Source: Candidatus Eiseniibacteriota bacterium (GTDB lineage: Bacteria; Eisenbacteria; RBG-16-71-46). Taken from it: 45,162 nucleotides of DNA. Where the stretch lies: NCBI GenBank assembly GCA_031364845.1, contig JANLWX010000091.1, positions 1 through 45,162 on the forward strand. The letters run 5' to 3'. The notes under the pieces were generated by a model. The model did not search any database. It was not told the origin of the DNA and saw only the letters and a list, made by a program, of their open reading frames with translations. Positions 45,017 through 45,162 of this stretch are shown here, in pieces; positions within the stretch are counted from its first letter, which is position 1; the number at the start of each line of letters is the position of its first letter. A program made the translations under genes and the position numbers.

Positions 45017-45162
45017 AGTCGAGTAGCCCCGGCGGTTTCGACTACCGGGGCCCTCGCCAGATCCGGACTAGGAGATTGCCACCATCCGGCTCTTCCGTTG
45101 GTGCGGCTCGCGGCGATCGCCCCATACCGATACGGTGATGAGGGGTGCAGGAAGCGGAAGGC

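Noticed and set aside
1..45162. tRNA, rRNA or tmRNA genes
   Set aside because: No cloverleaf with a T-loop GTTCGAATC in a suitable intergenic context, and no rRNA-like sequence, seen by eye. A tRNAscan or Rfam run would be needed to exclude them fully.

Overview
High-GC diderm bacterial DNA. FlgD/T9SS-like C-terminal domains and the HNH family at the right edge resemble Candidatus Eisenbacteria; this is an inference and was not verified. From left to right the window holds: the right end of an ISNCY/IS1202-like element; a DUF2891 gene; two tandem secreted beta-helix paralogs; a small Cys-stapled lipoprotein with a sigma54 promoter; the glyoxylate shunt (aceB-aceA); a GT-C-like membrane protein; a Tat-lipoprotein sugar dehydrogenase coupled to a type III PKS and an ICMT methyltransferase; a membrane GAF-PP2C phosphatase; queF and miaB; a penicillin acylase; a 14-repeat propeller lipoprotein; pheA; a sigma54 module (target gene, -24/-12 promoter, tandem palindromic enhancer, GAF-AAA+ activator, membrane Ser/Thr kinase); DJ-1, fused E1, ggt, acyl-CoA dehydrogenase, an OM beta-barrel and pdxH. 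The best candidate for an undescribed system is at 36.7-43.1 kb. There a PP2C phosphatase and the adjacent LytS-type kinase share the same membrane sensor domain and the same 33-bp LytTR-type upstream motif, followed by TPR, TonB-dependent receptor and LytTR regulator genes. The 3' end of the regulator gene is duplicated around a small islet. All assignments come from reading motifs by eye; no database searches were run.
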